Shown piece by piece: positions 48,701 through 62,980 of a DNA stretch of 64,000 nucleotides. Under the pieces are notes generated by a model. The model worked only from the letters and a program-made list of their open reading frames with translations, made no database searches and was not told the DNA's origin. Numbering within the stretch: position 1 is the stretch's first letter; each line of letters opens with the position of its first letter. Source of the DNA: Paraspadella gotoi (taxonomy: Eukaryota; Animalia; Chaetognatha); the NCBI GenBank assembly GCA_051294375.1, contig CM119269.1, positions 12,494,790-12,558,789 on the forward strand, in the 5' to 3' direction. Both the position numbers and the translations under genes were made by a program.

Positions 48701-51700
48701 ATCCCTCGATAGGGGTGAGTCGGAAATTTAAAAAAAAAGCTGGGATTTTGAGTGGAAGACCGTTTCTCGAGCAACATACCTTTCGATGTAACTTTAAAGT
48801 AGAATATCAATTAGTTGAAATTGGTGATTTAAATAACCGACTTACTGTGATCACTTTCACCAACGCCATTTCACCTCTCAACGGTTTTCATCGCCGTTTC
48901 ATTTATTTATCGTTTTTTTTTTCATTTTACACATTCTGTACATTACGTAAGGTTAACAATACATTCTTATTAAACACGTTTCAGTTTTCCACCGAAGAGT
49001 CGAGGAGGGCGACATCGTCTTTCACAATCCGACGCAAGAGGAGGAAGAGGATGACGACGACGACGAAGGAGAAAAGAGACGACGACGACGAAAACGACGT
49101 CCGGCGATGACGTGGCAAGGAGGCGTCGTTTACTTTGTCATCGATGACAGTTAATCGGATCCGAAAAATTAAACTGAATACAAATTAAAAAAAAAACAAT
49201 AAGAACAACCAAACTCCCGAGATCAGGCATTTCCGGGGATCGGCTGAAGACGTTGTTGTGGGCGATGAAAGATTTGGAAGACGCCATCAACAACTTCGAC
49301 GAGAGTCACGCTCACCACGATGACAACGACGTCCACCACGATGACCATAAAGACGACAACGACGCCTACAATGATGGCAGCCACGCCCACACCCACGAAA
49401 GTCACGACAAAGACGAAAGCCACGCCCCCTTCGCGTCCAAGAACAAGAAAAAATGTCTCGGATTTCTGCCAATCAACAACGACGTCACCGGTAACAATCT
49501 CGATCCTTCGATCTTTTTAGTTCTTTTCGCTCTCACGATCCACCCCCCCCCTGCCAAGGCGCGTCTTTCCCGCGGAATTATGTCTTCGTCCGCGAATCTC
49601 GACTCGGTTGCTCTTCCTCGGTCGGAGTCCAAAAGGGGATTCAGTTCGTCAACTTGGGACCCAAATGCTGGCAGGTTGCCATATTTGGGTTAATATTAAG
49701 TTCAGGTTTCGTTTCGGTCTTTAAGCTTGTGTCACTTTCAGAGAGTTGCCCAATGCATTGACTAATAATCGACCAGCAGCCGGGCGGACCTTCGTTTTTT
49801 TTTGTTTTTTTTTCTGTTTGTTTTTTTTTCTCAAGCCGGGAAAGATACAGCACGAGTTGCTCCACACCCTGGGTCTGTGGCACGAGCAGAGCAGGAACGA
49901 CAGGGATGCCTTCGTCGCCGTTCAGTGGGAAAACGTGGAGGAAGAGAAACGACACGATTTTCTCGTTTATACGGACGCCAAAGAAGATCATCAAGGCGAG
50001 GGGGGGGGGCGGGGATATGGAGAGAAGTCGAATATCTGCAGTCGATTCGCTTGACCCAATTAGAAATCAACTTCCTAGCCAATCAGCCTGTCTAATTATT
50101 TGTCTTTTCAAAGGTTCAAAGGTGTCTCATCAGCTATCTGATTTGGGACAAATGCAGCTGTCCAATCATCTTCATGCTTTAGTTGTCCAATTAGCTGAAT
50201 AATCAACTGTCTCATCAGAGACAAATCAGCCAATCTGACGTCTATTCAGCTCTCCATTGAGCCAATCGGCCGTTAAAACATCTCGTTCCCTTCAAACCGC
50301 CAGATCTTCCCTACGACTACGGGTCCATCATGCATTACGGTCCTTATTACTTCGCCAAAGACCGACGATTCCCGACCCTGATCCCGCGACGGGCGGGCGT
50401 TGAGATCGGACAAAGAAGGGCGCCATCTAAGGTCAAAAACGTCGGGCAATTTCGGGGCAATGAAATCTGATAAAAAGAGCTTTTATTTCTTTCGGAAGCA
50501 GACGGACATCGAGAAGGTCAGACTTTTGTACGGATGCAAAGACAAGACGAAGAGCTGAACTTCGCGAAAATTAAGTTTTTTGAAACGGTTCGCTTCTGAA
50601 GATTAACTTTTCCGTTTAAATTTCTTCATAAGATTCAACGAAATAAATACTTTTCGGTCAAAAGTCACCGCACTATGGATATAAAATTTTAGAAAAGCCG
50701 AAAGTCGGAAAGGATTTTTCTTTCCGTGAAACCTCGAAGTCGAAATTTCAATAATGACAAACGATGGAGAAAAGAAAAAAAAACCTTTTCACCTTTTCGC
50801 ATCTTTCGCCCGTGAACTCTTCAGGACAAACGCACTTTCTCTCCCGCATGTTGAGATTGACGCAGTTTCCGCCATTTTCGCATTTCGCGCCGTCGCAGGG
50901 AAGAGGTTGAGGGACGGCGTCCGCCGACGAATCTGAATGTGGATTTCAACCAACCTGATACCAACACCAACACTGATACAAACAACCGTCATTTTTTTTG
51001 TAACCTTCGAGGTAAATCTTAAGAAAAGTTCCTTAACCGGAAAGCGTTTTATTTAATCTAAACCGCCTAGACTCTGCAAGCACCTGCCAAGCTCAGCTTT
51101 TCTTCGCATCGAATTCCGTAAAAGAATTTCTTGCAGATGCAAGCAAATTCGCTTCTTTTCTCTTCGAATTCAATTGGGGTAGGAATGCAGACTGCATCGT
51201 TGAGGCAACCTCCTCCGGACGACGTTTCTGTCTCTTCTTCCTCCTCCTCCTCCTCTTCATCTAGTTCGCTCCACTGATCTTCTTTCTCCGCCTCTTTTCG
51301 ATCTTCCTCCTCCTCCTCCTCTTCTTCTTTATCTAGTTTTCTCCCCTCCTCATCATCTTCTCTCTCCGCCTCTTCTCGATCTTCCTCTTCCTCGTTGCTA
51401 TCCATCGCGGAACAGACGTCACGGCGATGACAGTCGGGAATCCCGCCGGGCGTAACTCTGGTCCCGATAAAGTCTGAGATCAACTCTCTCTCTCTCTCCC
51501 CATCTTTCCCCCTTATCGTCCCGCCCCCGCCAACTCACACGCAGGTCTCCCCCTTCAAGCAAGGGTCGAGACTGCAAAAGTCTTGATCGCATCTTTTCCC
51601 GCGAAACCCGAAGTCGCAGATGCAGAAGTGATCGTAGCTGAGGTTGGCCGAGGATTCCGTTGCGTTTCCGACGGAGGAGTTGGCGTCAACGCCGCGGACG

Positions 51701-53128
51701 ATGTCCACGCACTTACCCGTTTCTGTTTCGTTAAGCAGTAAGGCGTAAGGCTTTCATTCTCAAGTCTCTCTTTCTCATCTAAACATTGTCGTGTTTAGAT
51801 TAATAATTAAAATGTTTGTATTATGTAACTTCTTAATCTTAATACTATTTTTTCCCACATTCTATGATTACTTTTATTAGTATATAATAATATTCATAAA
51901 AATAATTAGACTATAAGGTTGTATCACGAAAATCAATGGGTATATTGTGTTTTTCATTTTTATAAAAACCCTCATTCCCTTTCTCCAACCTTACCCGCGC
52001 ATTGCCCTTCTATCTGACATTGGTAAGGTCTAATTCCGACGCCTCCACTTCTCGCCGTTCCTCCGCCAGGAGAACCGGCACCTGCTCCGGCATCTCCGCC
52101 AGGCTCTTGGGCGTTTTTAGAATTCTGTCGGAAATATGTAATCGTGATCGACGATCGCTCGTTGCATCGCATTGGCAAATTCGAAGAAAAAAAAAACCCA
52201 ACCTCGCTGACGTACAATACGCCCAAGCAGCAAGCGACGAGGGCCAGAACGCCCAAGAAAACTCCGCTGACGATCTGCTTGGCGCGGCGAGAATTACGAG
52301 CCTTTTCCTCGAAGCTGGATTACGAGGAAAAAGCCTTGATTATTTTTTAAGAAATACAAACGGCGATGATCGAGACGGACCGACCAGTTGGTGAAAGATT
52401 TGGTGAAAGTGGCGGATTTGGAAGGCTTTTCGTCCAGGTTGGCGTTGGCGATGGAATTGGTGCCGATGATTTCGATCTTGGGGACCCCGTCTTCGTCCTT
52501 AGCGTCCCCGTTCTCGTTAGCATCTTCTAAATTTTTTTTTTTTAAATGTTTTACTTTGATAGAAAATTTCCAGCGTTTCTTCTGTCTTTTAGCGTGTGGC
52601 CCGTTGATAACATGGCTTTTTGTTTGTTACTTTTTTGAACCTAAAAATCTTCAAACCTTTTTTCCCAGCTTCGTGAGTGTCCAAAAACCAAAACTTCATC
52701 GACAAAATATTTCCTTTAATATCTGAAAAATGAAGGCACGATCGCGACTATGTAAGGGTGAATCATGTCAATCAACTTGTAGCTGTATACTGTATAGTCA
52801 CACTGCCTTACATTTGACTGCCTTCAGCCAATCTGTTGCCATAAAACTCACCTTTGCTTTCTCTGGGAGTCGTTGGCGACGAAGCCGTATTCGGTTCGCA
52901 GTCTCCGCTATTTAACTTTTCCTTCGGCTCCGCGGCCGCGTCAACTCCAGCGTCTCCGTCATTATCTTCCGCTGCGTCTTCTGCTGTCGTCCCTGCTTCC
53001 GCGGACTCGAGACCAGAATTGTTTTGATTCTCTAATTCTTCCTTTTCTTCTTCGATCCTTTCCTCTTTTGTCCTTTCTCCTTCTCCCGTTCCTACTTCCC
53101 CCTCGCCTTTTTCTTTTAAAGATTCCAT
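45798..53128 (-). CDS. Predicted type II membrane protein with ~9 EGF-like repeats; 5' end uncertain
   Basis: Acidic N-terminus, then RRAKQIVSGVFLGVLALVACCLGVLYV TM, then EGF exons (e.g. CENGGNCVNL...CVCPEEFTGERCEK, CKNGGNCEEENGKAKCNCPPQYHG, CLNGANC...CHCATGFGGDSC) with stop at 45798. Confidence 0.8.
48036..50558 (+). CDS. Astacin (M12A) zinc metalloprotease nested antisense in an intron; exons ~48036-48101, 48383-48518, 48985-49149, 49227-49490, 49559-49674, 49836-49995, 50304-50431, 50502-50558
   Basis: Signal peptide, EGDI pro-motif, RRKR site, GCSSSVG, HELLHTLGLWHEQSRNDRD, YDYGSIMHY Met-turn, IGQR and LYGC. Confidence 0.95.
48499..48721 (+). repeat. 28-bp tandem repeat (8 copies) spanning a 5' splice site
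   Basis: gtgagt at 48519, 48547, 48603, 48631, 48659, 48687 and 48715, with atgagt at 48575. Confidence 0.95.
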
Positions 53129-55486
53129 AAATTGACGACGAACGGCGCTCCTAACGAGACTTTCAGTGCAAAGAACCCTTTTCTACGATGATACAGCTTA
53201 TCCCTTATCCCGCTCCAGACTTTTCAAAAATCTCAGTCGAGTTTCACGATTCTTCTCATGTCTCGTTCCTTAAATTTTCAGGTTGGCGCCGACTTCATTT
53301 CAAAAATCACTACGAAACTGGCGTAAAGACTCGTTTTATTTAATTTTTGTAGTTAGTGACACGGTTAAGAAATCATTATGAAATGCTTATCGTAGTCTAT
53401 GCCTATTGTTTTTTAGTGGTTTTACAGTGTATTGAAATACATTTTTAAAGCATGTTGTGCGTGTTTAAAAAACTAGTTTCCGCATAAAACTTATTCTATC
53501 AAAATGGATTTTAGTTGAATCATTAGATTTAAATAAAAACTCATTTTCTATCTGCCTATTTGAATGTAAAATAAAGATACAAATTAGTTAAGTTTAGTAA
53601 CATAATATTTATTTGTATTATCCACAGAAATTATTATAGTTGCGGCTCATGGAAAACAATTCGTTTCGGAACAAAAACAACATGAAAGTTGTGAATTTTT
53701 TTTTAATTTAAACATTTTGTCAAATCGATTCAGTTGATTGAAAAACAAATCCGAGTTTATTTTTACAATATGTGTCCTTAAAGAATAATTTACAATGTAA
53801 CAAACTGTCTGTAGTTCAATTACGAAAATTTATCTCGACGCTGTTTATCCGAATATGTATGCTCTACACACTAATTCATAGCAGTGAAAACCGCGATACC
53901 AAATTTCTATTTTTTTTCACGTTGATTAGTTGAATTTAAAAAATTCTTTATGAAATTATGTCCAGGTGTTTTCACCGGGTCAGTCTTACTGTCAATACAT
54001 ACATATTACATAGTTACTGATGCATATTCGGCAATTTTTTTTATTTTTCCAATGAATGACTAGTCTATTATTTATTTATTGATTTCAAATCTAAATCTCT
54101 ACGCGCGTCAAACTAATCGTTAATTATTTAAATCTTTTGTTTCTTTGCATTAAAGTTCTGACATTCAAGGTTAAATTTATACGACGATGACATGTTAGAA
54201 AAAAAGGGCCTATTAATAATTTAATTACGAGTGGACAGGCACAAACAAATAAGTTTCTCGCGGCGAAACGCGTTCTCTTAAGAAGGATGAGGAATTTTTA
54301 ATTTCATTTAAATTCATCCTGACATGCAGTTTTGTTTTAATTTAAATAAAAGTCCAATGGGTATTTTTTTTATAGTAAGGCTAAGCTCGGAACACGCTCT
54401 TTCCGTACGGAATTACGAAAAGATGTTATATTTAATAATTATAAAGAACTTATACAAGATATGAAAAGCTAAAACGAAGAGTTGATTTTTTTTGTAATGG
54501 AGACGAGAGGCGATAGTAGAACGAAAAAAATAAAAATGTATATTAAAAAAAGCTCAATTTAAAAATTTCCCAAATGAAAACAGTATTGATGAATATCCTT
54601 AATAAAAAAAAAATTTCAAACTCCAATAAACAAAAACGAATGATTTAAAAATTCGTTTTAAAAAGTGAGAAATCAACCGATTAACAACAGCATAAAAGGT
54701 ACGGGGTGGAGGGGGTGGGACAAACATCGAGGTGTAATTTTGTTTTTAAAAGATGTTAAAACGAGCAACTACTCAATGACTGACCAATCGACCATTCATA
54801 CCAAATAAGAGGGGGGAAGTGGGCAAGCATCCGAGAAAACAAAGGTCATCCCCTTGGACGCGGAACCGTTTAGCCATCGACTTTTCCTCACGCACAATGT
54901 TCAGAGGGGGGGGAAGGGAAGATGAGAGGGAGAGAAATAGGAACTTTGGGGGAGGGAGGGGGCGGGAGGAAGATGAATCGAAAAGGTGATGCGAATAAAT
55001 ATAAGTCCACACGCGATGGGGGAAGTTATCTTTGGTGGGGGGGGGAAGTACGGGGTTCTAAACTTTAATTAATGGAAGCCGGGGGAGAGAAATTAACGAT
55101 GGGAAATTTTGACTAAAAGTGTGGATTTTGTTTCGATGTCCTTTTGTTCACTTTTTCTCTCTATTCGACAGAGAAATGCGAAGTTGTGATCGCGAGAGAC
55201 GACATTTGGGATCGAGAGGAGACGGAAACTGTCGAGGATTTAAAAAGGCTTCTTAATAAAATTGGTACAATATTAAAATTATTAATTCACTGATTTTGGA
55301 CAGGCTATGATGGGTGAATGCCCTCCATCTCTACAGGCGAAAATGTGACGCATCGAGATGACGTAATGGTCTCGTTATATGAACAATAAATTTATCGTTT
55401 TTTGGCCTCATAAAATTAACAAATTAAACAAAATCTAAAAATTTATTTATATGTTCTCCACTTACGACTTATGTCGAAACGGTTAC

Positions 55487-58400
55487 CTAATCGCCGGGCG
55501 CCGGAGCGATGCTCCTTGGCGGCGAAACTGGGTGGTCGACTTGGTGACCGCCGCCACCCAAGTCGTCGTCGTCGAATCCGATTTCGACGATGTGCTGTTG
55601 ACGAGTTTCGACCTTGAGAAATAAAAATATAATAAAAATAAAATGTATGGAAAGTTAAAATAAATAAAAAATATATAAACTACAATGTCTGGAAAAAATA
55701 TACAAAATTTAAAAAAAAATAAATTCATGTCAAGAATTCCCCACCCAACAAATAAAACAACAGGAAAAAAAAACAGGAAATTTAAGCGACGGTCAGTTGA
55801 CAGAAAATGAAAGAAAAAAGTATTCCGACAGACGAGAGAAGTAACTAAGATAAAAGTAACTCCTACTGAGGCTATACTTAATCTTTCTACCCCCCCTCCC
55901 CAAGTTTTCACTGCCTCGCGAACAACCTCTCTCTCCACCGTCCGTTCGATGTACTCGACGCCCCTCAGCACGGGTTCCCCCGTGATCGGATCCCGCGTCT
56001 CCTCGACGCTCAGCATGACGCGTTCGCCAGTGACTCGCGCCCTCTCGCGGACTTCAGTCCGTCCTGGTTTCGTGCGGATGGTGAGGCGTTGAAAATCCTC
56101 GGAGGTCATTAGACCGGACTTGGGGTGATCCAAGTAGAAGGGGTGAGGAAAAGTTGACCAAGAGATGAAGGAGTGATGAAAAGATGAAAAGGTGATGATG
56201 ATGTGGTGACATAATAATAAAAAAATGAAGAGGAAATAGTGAAGGGGCAACATTTGTTGTGTGGAGGTTAGCGAAGGCGGCGTCGAGGGCCAATCGTAAA
56301 TCCGAGAAATATTTAAAGAGAAATATTTTTTTTTTCAACATCGAAAGCGTGAAAGGAAAAAAATAGGGAAAGGAAAAAAAAAGATTGTAATATACTACTA
56401 CAAATTTTCTTTCTTTTTATTTCCATTGCCTCACCTTTGATTCCAAATTGTGACAAGGTGAAGCGTGCTTCAAGTTTGAGTTTAAATCCTCACCTAAAAA
56501 CAAGATAAGATAGTTATCAGAGACTATCGCCTTTGCTTCATCTGAACCGAAATGAAAGAAGCATATTTGTCTCAGCCTTCTGACCGGATTGATTGTCGAT
56601 TCCGTTGGCGGGCGAATCTTCTTCCGTGGGTCGTCCCACGTCGGGATTTTCTTCGAATTTTTTCATCCTGACGGAAAAAAGTGAAAAAGTTAAAACGGAT
56701 GAAGAGATTCAAGTTACGCGTTGTGAACGCTCATTGTTCGAAGAGGTAAGAAACTGGCGATTATCAAAATTGTTAATATGTATGTAGCTTCTGCTAAACT
56801 TGCAATTGGAGAATGGCATTTGCTTTCGTTTGGGTATAAAACAGCTATGGGGCATTCGGAAAATTTAGAAACAATTTCAGCGCTACTTTTAAAATGAAAG
56901 AAAAACAAAGGCTGAACTTTAAAATTTTGGTAACCATACTAACCAAGTAAACAAACTGAACACTGGCTAACATATGAAAATATAAATAAATAAAAAATAT
57001 AAATTTAAAAATAGCACCGAAACGTTTCTGAAAGGTTAAGGGCATTTGTTGAGTATAAATAAATATTTATCATCTTTTCACGATACTTTTGCGGATTTAA
57101 TAAATCAAAATTTCGCCAATTACAAATTACTTTTTCGAACAAGGAAGATTATTCTCGATGCATAATTGCATATTTTGCATTAATTGCGAATAAATGCGTC
57201 AAACGATGCTGTTTTTGTTGCTGATTATTGTGAAAGTAGCACACTCGGCTATAAACTGAATGTCTTGCTGGTGGCTCCTCGCTCTTTGCTCCTTAGAGAT
57301 TAAACTACATACAATTCGTGAAAGCATTTACAGATAGACACAGAAACCTCGCAGAGGTAAACCTAGTAAGAGCTTTAATTCGCTCAAGTGAACGGGAGCA
57401 GAGATTCAGCCTCATTAAGGCAAGGCTTCATCATGCCACCGGATATATTAAGGTCTGTGCCTATCTGTTTTTGTTTTAAAAAAAAACACCTTTGTAACCC
57501 CTAAAAATGATTTAATGGAAAGAGATATATCGTTAGCTGCGGCATGAAACAGTGAAACACATTTATAAATATTAAACAACATTAAAATATTGTAAATTAA
57601 AAACAAAAACGAAATGAAGATGGAAACAAGCGAATATTTTTTTTTTTTGGCTTAAATATGAGTAACTTTTCGTCTATTCCTGCTCGTCTTTTCCACACTC
57701 GAGATCAAGGACTATATTAAACAATTTGAAGTCTATCCTACTGACAAAACTACACATAACATCTGCTGACGTTAAGGGTTAGCATCGTCGACAGTGTGTA
57801 AGTGCTAAACAAAAAGACCCTACACAAGGTACACATGTTCCGCGATTTTTCTGACAAAAGTTTCATGAATCCGTAACTTTGGATTCGTTAAAAACATAAA
57901 TGTACAGTGGTAACTCGCGAAACAAAAAAAGCGCGGAAACAAGGAACTGAGAGCCGTCCTGGCCACATTCCGACCGTACCAACATCGAACCCTTGAGACG
58001 AAAGCCGTCCAATCTCGCTAATTAAAACATAAATACGTCTGCTATTCTACATCTGCTTATATGTTACAAACAATATTTTGTAAAACAAGATGCGGTTAGC
58101 TGCGGGCAAGTCACAAAAGCGCTTGCTCTCTAAAAGGGGGTGGGAAAAGGAGGTTAGAGCTTGGGAATAACGTGGCAAAGGGTTCTTTTTACTCACAATA
58201 AAGATTGGCGCGATCGAGATATTTTATATCGACAAATTCAGCTTTAGATATTAGCGGGCTAGAGTTAAATGTATTGCAGAGAAGGAGGAATAAGAATTAG
58301 AAAGGGTAAAGATCGGGAAAGGGAAAAGGATGAATGGGGAAAAGGGGGAAAGAATCCGAAAACTTGCCAAGACACACTCCCAAAAAACAAAAGGGAATCC

Positions 58401-61400
58401 GAGATGCAAAACACATAAAACAAAAACGAATAACAAATGGAGATGAGGAAGACTCGTTTCGCTTCAGCAACTATCGATCGCGAAACGAGAGCGGAGAGCC
58501 GGAAATGGACAAACCGATAATTTTCAAATGCTGATTGCGGAAATTAGTTTGTTTTGAGAGCGATGAGGGACTGTAACATCAAAACGTCTAAGAACGATAA
58601 AATCGCATATAACGAGCAAAGAAACGATTTTCAGCCAAAGGAGGTCAAGACTCAAGAGTATTTAGAGTATTGAAGTATTTAGTAATGAGTAAAGGGGGAT
58701 AGACAGCGAGCGAGATGGAATAAAGGATTAGGAGAAACAAAAAAAAAAAGAAATAAAGGTTAAAGGAAAAATAGAATAGGGAGGGATGAAAAAACTGGGT
58801 AGGAAAAGAAGGGAAAAGGGGTAAGGACTAAGAAGGAAAGAAAAAAATGGGAGCGAGTGCCAGAAAAAAATGATAGAAAGAATTTAGAGTGATAAGAAAA
58901 GGCGACAGATCATGCAAGATAGTAATAAACGTTTAAAGTAAAAAAAACATATAATGAGACATAACATGAAAAGCCGGAATGGAATGCAAAGAAGAGAGCG
59001 GGATTTTAATTTTATGCAACAGAAAATAGGCTCGATTATTTGTTCCCATTCTTGGGGGGCGGAAGAGGTGTGGGGAAGGCTTTGTCCTCGGGGCGTCACC
59101 TCGCCCGGCGCCACGACAAGCGCCTCTCCTCCATGGGCGACGACGCCGGCGAAGGGGACGAAGCGGCAGCCGACTCAGGCGATAAACCGGAAGTGGCGCC
59201 GATGGAAACGTCACCCATGTTGCTGATGGAGGCGTCAACGAACGACACGAGGGACGAAGGGTGACGTTTGGAAAGGTGGCCGGGAAGTGAGGCCGGTTGA
59301 CCGTCCGAGTTGTGTGAGTCGTCGTCAGGGCATGCGTCGTAAAGACAGGTGTCGATGTCATCGCGGGGTAAATTGTTCGCGTTGTCGTCGTTCGACCGAA
59401 AGCATGTAGGGGAGGAGATGGAAAGAAGAGAAGTGGGGAAACTTTGATCTCGATTTCTTGTAACGACGGAATTTCGCCAAAGGCTATCGGGATTTGAGGT
59501 CTCCTCAGCATTTCCAAGCCCCGTGTGAAAGGCCCCTTTTAACGCGGCCGCTCCCATCGTTGGAACGACGCCTCTCGTCGCTGGCACCGGCTTAGCCAAC
59601 GGCCCGTCGCCAACATCTTCCTCCGAGGCGCCGACGAGATTCAAAGGTCGACCGAAAAGAGCGAAACTCGTGGTGGCACCAGCGTCTCTGACAACATCCG
59701 TCGCCTTGGCAACGGAATCGAACGTCGTCCGATTCACCGCGCGGGTTTTGACAAAGTCCGCAGCGCGAGGTGCCAGTCGCACGGGCCTTGGCGTCAATGG
59801 AGGACGAGGCGCGGATGAATTCTCGGCATTTGAAAGAAAAGGGAAAAGTGGATCGACACGCGTGGGCGACGAACCATCGGCCAATGGAGCCGGAGGGGCT
59901 TTGAATGGTTGCGGAAGAAGCGGGGTTAGACAGCGGACGGCCCCCTGTCGCCCGGAGGAGACCAAACTGCTCGATCGAAACGCGTGGAAAGAAGGGAGGG
60001 GTGATCGTGATGTCGGAAGGTCGACCGTGAGAGAAGGAGATGCAGAATCGGGAGGGGAGAGACTAGGAAAGATTTTTAAAGAAGGGGAAGGAGGAGGATC
60101 GATAATAGAATCAGAAGACGGGGTAAAGGGTGGAAAGAGAAAGGGAGATGGACAAGGAGAGGTCAGGGATTGAACCCGACCCACGGTGAAAAGATTTTCT
60201 TGGCGCCAAAAATTCGAGTCCAAATTCTTTAACGACTTAGGACTAATATATCCGGGAGGACATACCGGGGGGAGGAACGAAAAAAGAAAACCGTGAAAAG
60301 AGGAAACGAAAGGCATGGAAAACAACCGCATCATAAAAGATTCCCATAATTTTTTTTAGCAAGAAATTAAGGCCAAGTTTTAAAATTTAATAAAATTCAT
60401 ATTTAAAGTTTAACGTAAAGTTTGAGATTGAGAAGGGTAGAAAGGCGTGGGTGAAGCGAGTGTTCGGGAGGGAGGGAAGCGCGTGAAGAAAAATTAATTG
60501 GTAATATTTATAACTGGTAATATTTATTATAAAAACGTACGTAGTGAAAATCGCACGAGATAATTGGTTAAACTTGCAAAATGAATGAAGTAACCGTATA
60601 TTATATACAAATTCAGTCGTGTTGATTTGTATGTCGATTTCAACAAAATGAGAGAGCAGAGGTGAAAGAGAAGAGAAGAAAGAAACTAAAAAGTAAAGGA
60701 AAAAAAAAAGTGTGCTCAAGGATGCAAATTGCAGATGATTTGGCTAAATTTACGATCAGTTTTCGACTTTGATTTAAACTTTACCTACTAGGCAGGTTTC
60801 AAAAAAACCTTCAATTCGGATCGATATCTAAACGCCTTCCAACTCTTTTCCTCTTCACTCAATTTTCTTTCATTTCCATTGAAGAGAAGCGAAATTTTTA
60901 GGAGGAAAACGCGAGAGATGAAACATAATTACTTGATCCTTTTGGCTGACATTTAAAATGCTAACCAATGAATGTCAGCTGTGAGAATGGAGGAAGCAAA
61001 ATTTACAACCGCAGCCCATATCAAATGTCAAACTTCTTTGTGGTTTCTGGCGACAACGAACACTTCTTCTCAGGACTTTCAGGGTTAAAAATGGCCTCAG
61101 AAATTTAGAGGGTTGAATGAAATATGCAGCAAAATTAAAATTCGCCTACATTTTTAATTTTCTATTCAGTATTATTCTGAAAATTTTATTTAGTGGGAGG
61201 TTGTGAAAATCAAAGACGGATGGGGTTTTTTTCTTGGATTCAGCATTCTCAAAACCACGGTAAGGGTAAATTAAAGATCCATCCATTCAGTTAGTAAACG
61301 GAATCTAATAGGCGAGATTCGGGACTCTCGCCCCCTACCCTTTCACCGACTATTCTCTGCCTTACCCGCGACCAGCCCCATCTCTCCCCGACGGAAAGAG

Positions 61401-62980
61401 ACGATTCTTGGCCGAAAGAGTGGAAGGGGGGTGTCGGGGGGGGCGGAGGAAAGGGGTTGATGGGGATTGGCCAACGGAGATACTACTAGTGAAGCCAAAA
61501 GAAGCTAGAAGATGATTTCGAGGAGCGGATTTCAAGCTGCTCCTCGGACGAATTCTGGATGAACCGTCGAGTGGAATTAGATTTTAGCTAAGATTCGTTA
61601 CCAACCCTCGGTATATTTGAGTAACGAATCAATATAACTCTGCTCGATGCCAATTGAAGTGCGAAGGAGCACATTATCTAATTAACCTAACACTTTCGGG
61701 CAAAAGTTGTATTTTAAAATCTCCCTTATATGTTCAAACTTCATACCAAATAAGTTTGAGCTGAAAAGATACGGAACTTGCAGAAAAATGAAATGAAAGG
61801 CTAAAGAAGCAAATCCTCAAGGTAAAGACTCACCCCAGAATTTGTCCGATATCTTCGCCATCTTGAGAAACTTCGACGTTTGATGATCGGATACTTTCAG
61901 GAGACATCCCGTGAAACTTCCGTTCTGTCAAACAAGTTAAATTTTGAAAACCAATTATTAAATAAGAAATCTTTAACAAATTATACCTTCCTCCTGCTTC
62001 AGGTTGTCCAGTTCGTCTTGGGAAAGGTAAGTGAACCGCTTTTCTGAAAATTTGTAATTTCGAATAAGTTTTTTTTTAAAGGGGGGAAATATTATAAGTT
62101 AACCTTTCAACAACTAGAATGAAAACGGGGGAATAAAGAAAAGTAATTTATAGGGATATGGTAATATTTTTTAATCTTGCCATCATGCTGAAATGAATAG
62201 GCTAAAACAGTCAGAAGATTTGTACTATTATTACTAATATTTTTATAATCCAATTACAAAATAATTTGGCTGACAATGAAATGAATATTTAAAAAATGGT
62301 AAAATTCTAGTGATTTTCTCGCAAAATATAAAAGATTATTTTTAAATTGAGACCAACTGAGTAGGGGCTTAGAATCGGCAAAATGACGACGACTTGAAAC
62401 CATCATAAGTATTGGTTCAATACTTGAATTGCATTGAATAAAAATTACAGTCGCACAATAAATTTCAAAAAGTTTGAAAAGAACTACACTTCACATGCTA
62501 CACAATGTACAATACGTTTGAGCTCATTTTTAAAACAAAATTTTAACTTACTTGGCTTCACAACAGGTACTACAATTAATTGAAGCGTTCAAAATAAAAT
62601 GTATAAAAAATGAACCGACAGTATAAATACAAGTTAAAAATCAAAGCAGAGGTAAATATTAAAAAAATATATTTAAATTAATTTTAAAAACTAAAGGTCT
62701 AAAGCTGTATAAATTAACTTCAAATTTTTATTTATGCAACAAAATAATTAAATTTAGAGTTTGGTTTTTGGACCAAAACTTTTGTAGCAACGGACGTCAA
62801 AAATTGCTTCGGAACAAAATCGAGACAAACTTTTTTTTTCAACGAACCTGGTTTTTCCTTTGGCTTGGGATTACTGTGATCTTGAATCTCTCGCTCGAAG
62901 AACTTCTTCTTATCACGAAATGATGGAAGAGCAGCTTCGGTCGACGTCGACACTGGAGTTGGGCCCTCATGGTGAGCAGC
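55487..62980 (-). CDS. Scribble/LAP4-like protein, C-terminal exons (5' part beyond the window; middle exons uncertain)
   Basis: SFRDKKKFFEREIQ and KRFTYLSQDELDNLKQEE resemble Scribble C-terminal motifs. The end reads DPITGEPVLRGVEYIERTVERE|VETRQQHIVEI. LRR/PDZ domains are not in the window. Confidence 0.65.

Noticed and set aside
48499-48721. CRISPR-like periodic 28-bp repeats
   Set aside because: The units are contiguous with no unique spacers, the context is a eukaryotic intron, and there are no cas genes.
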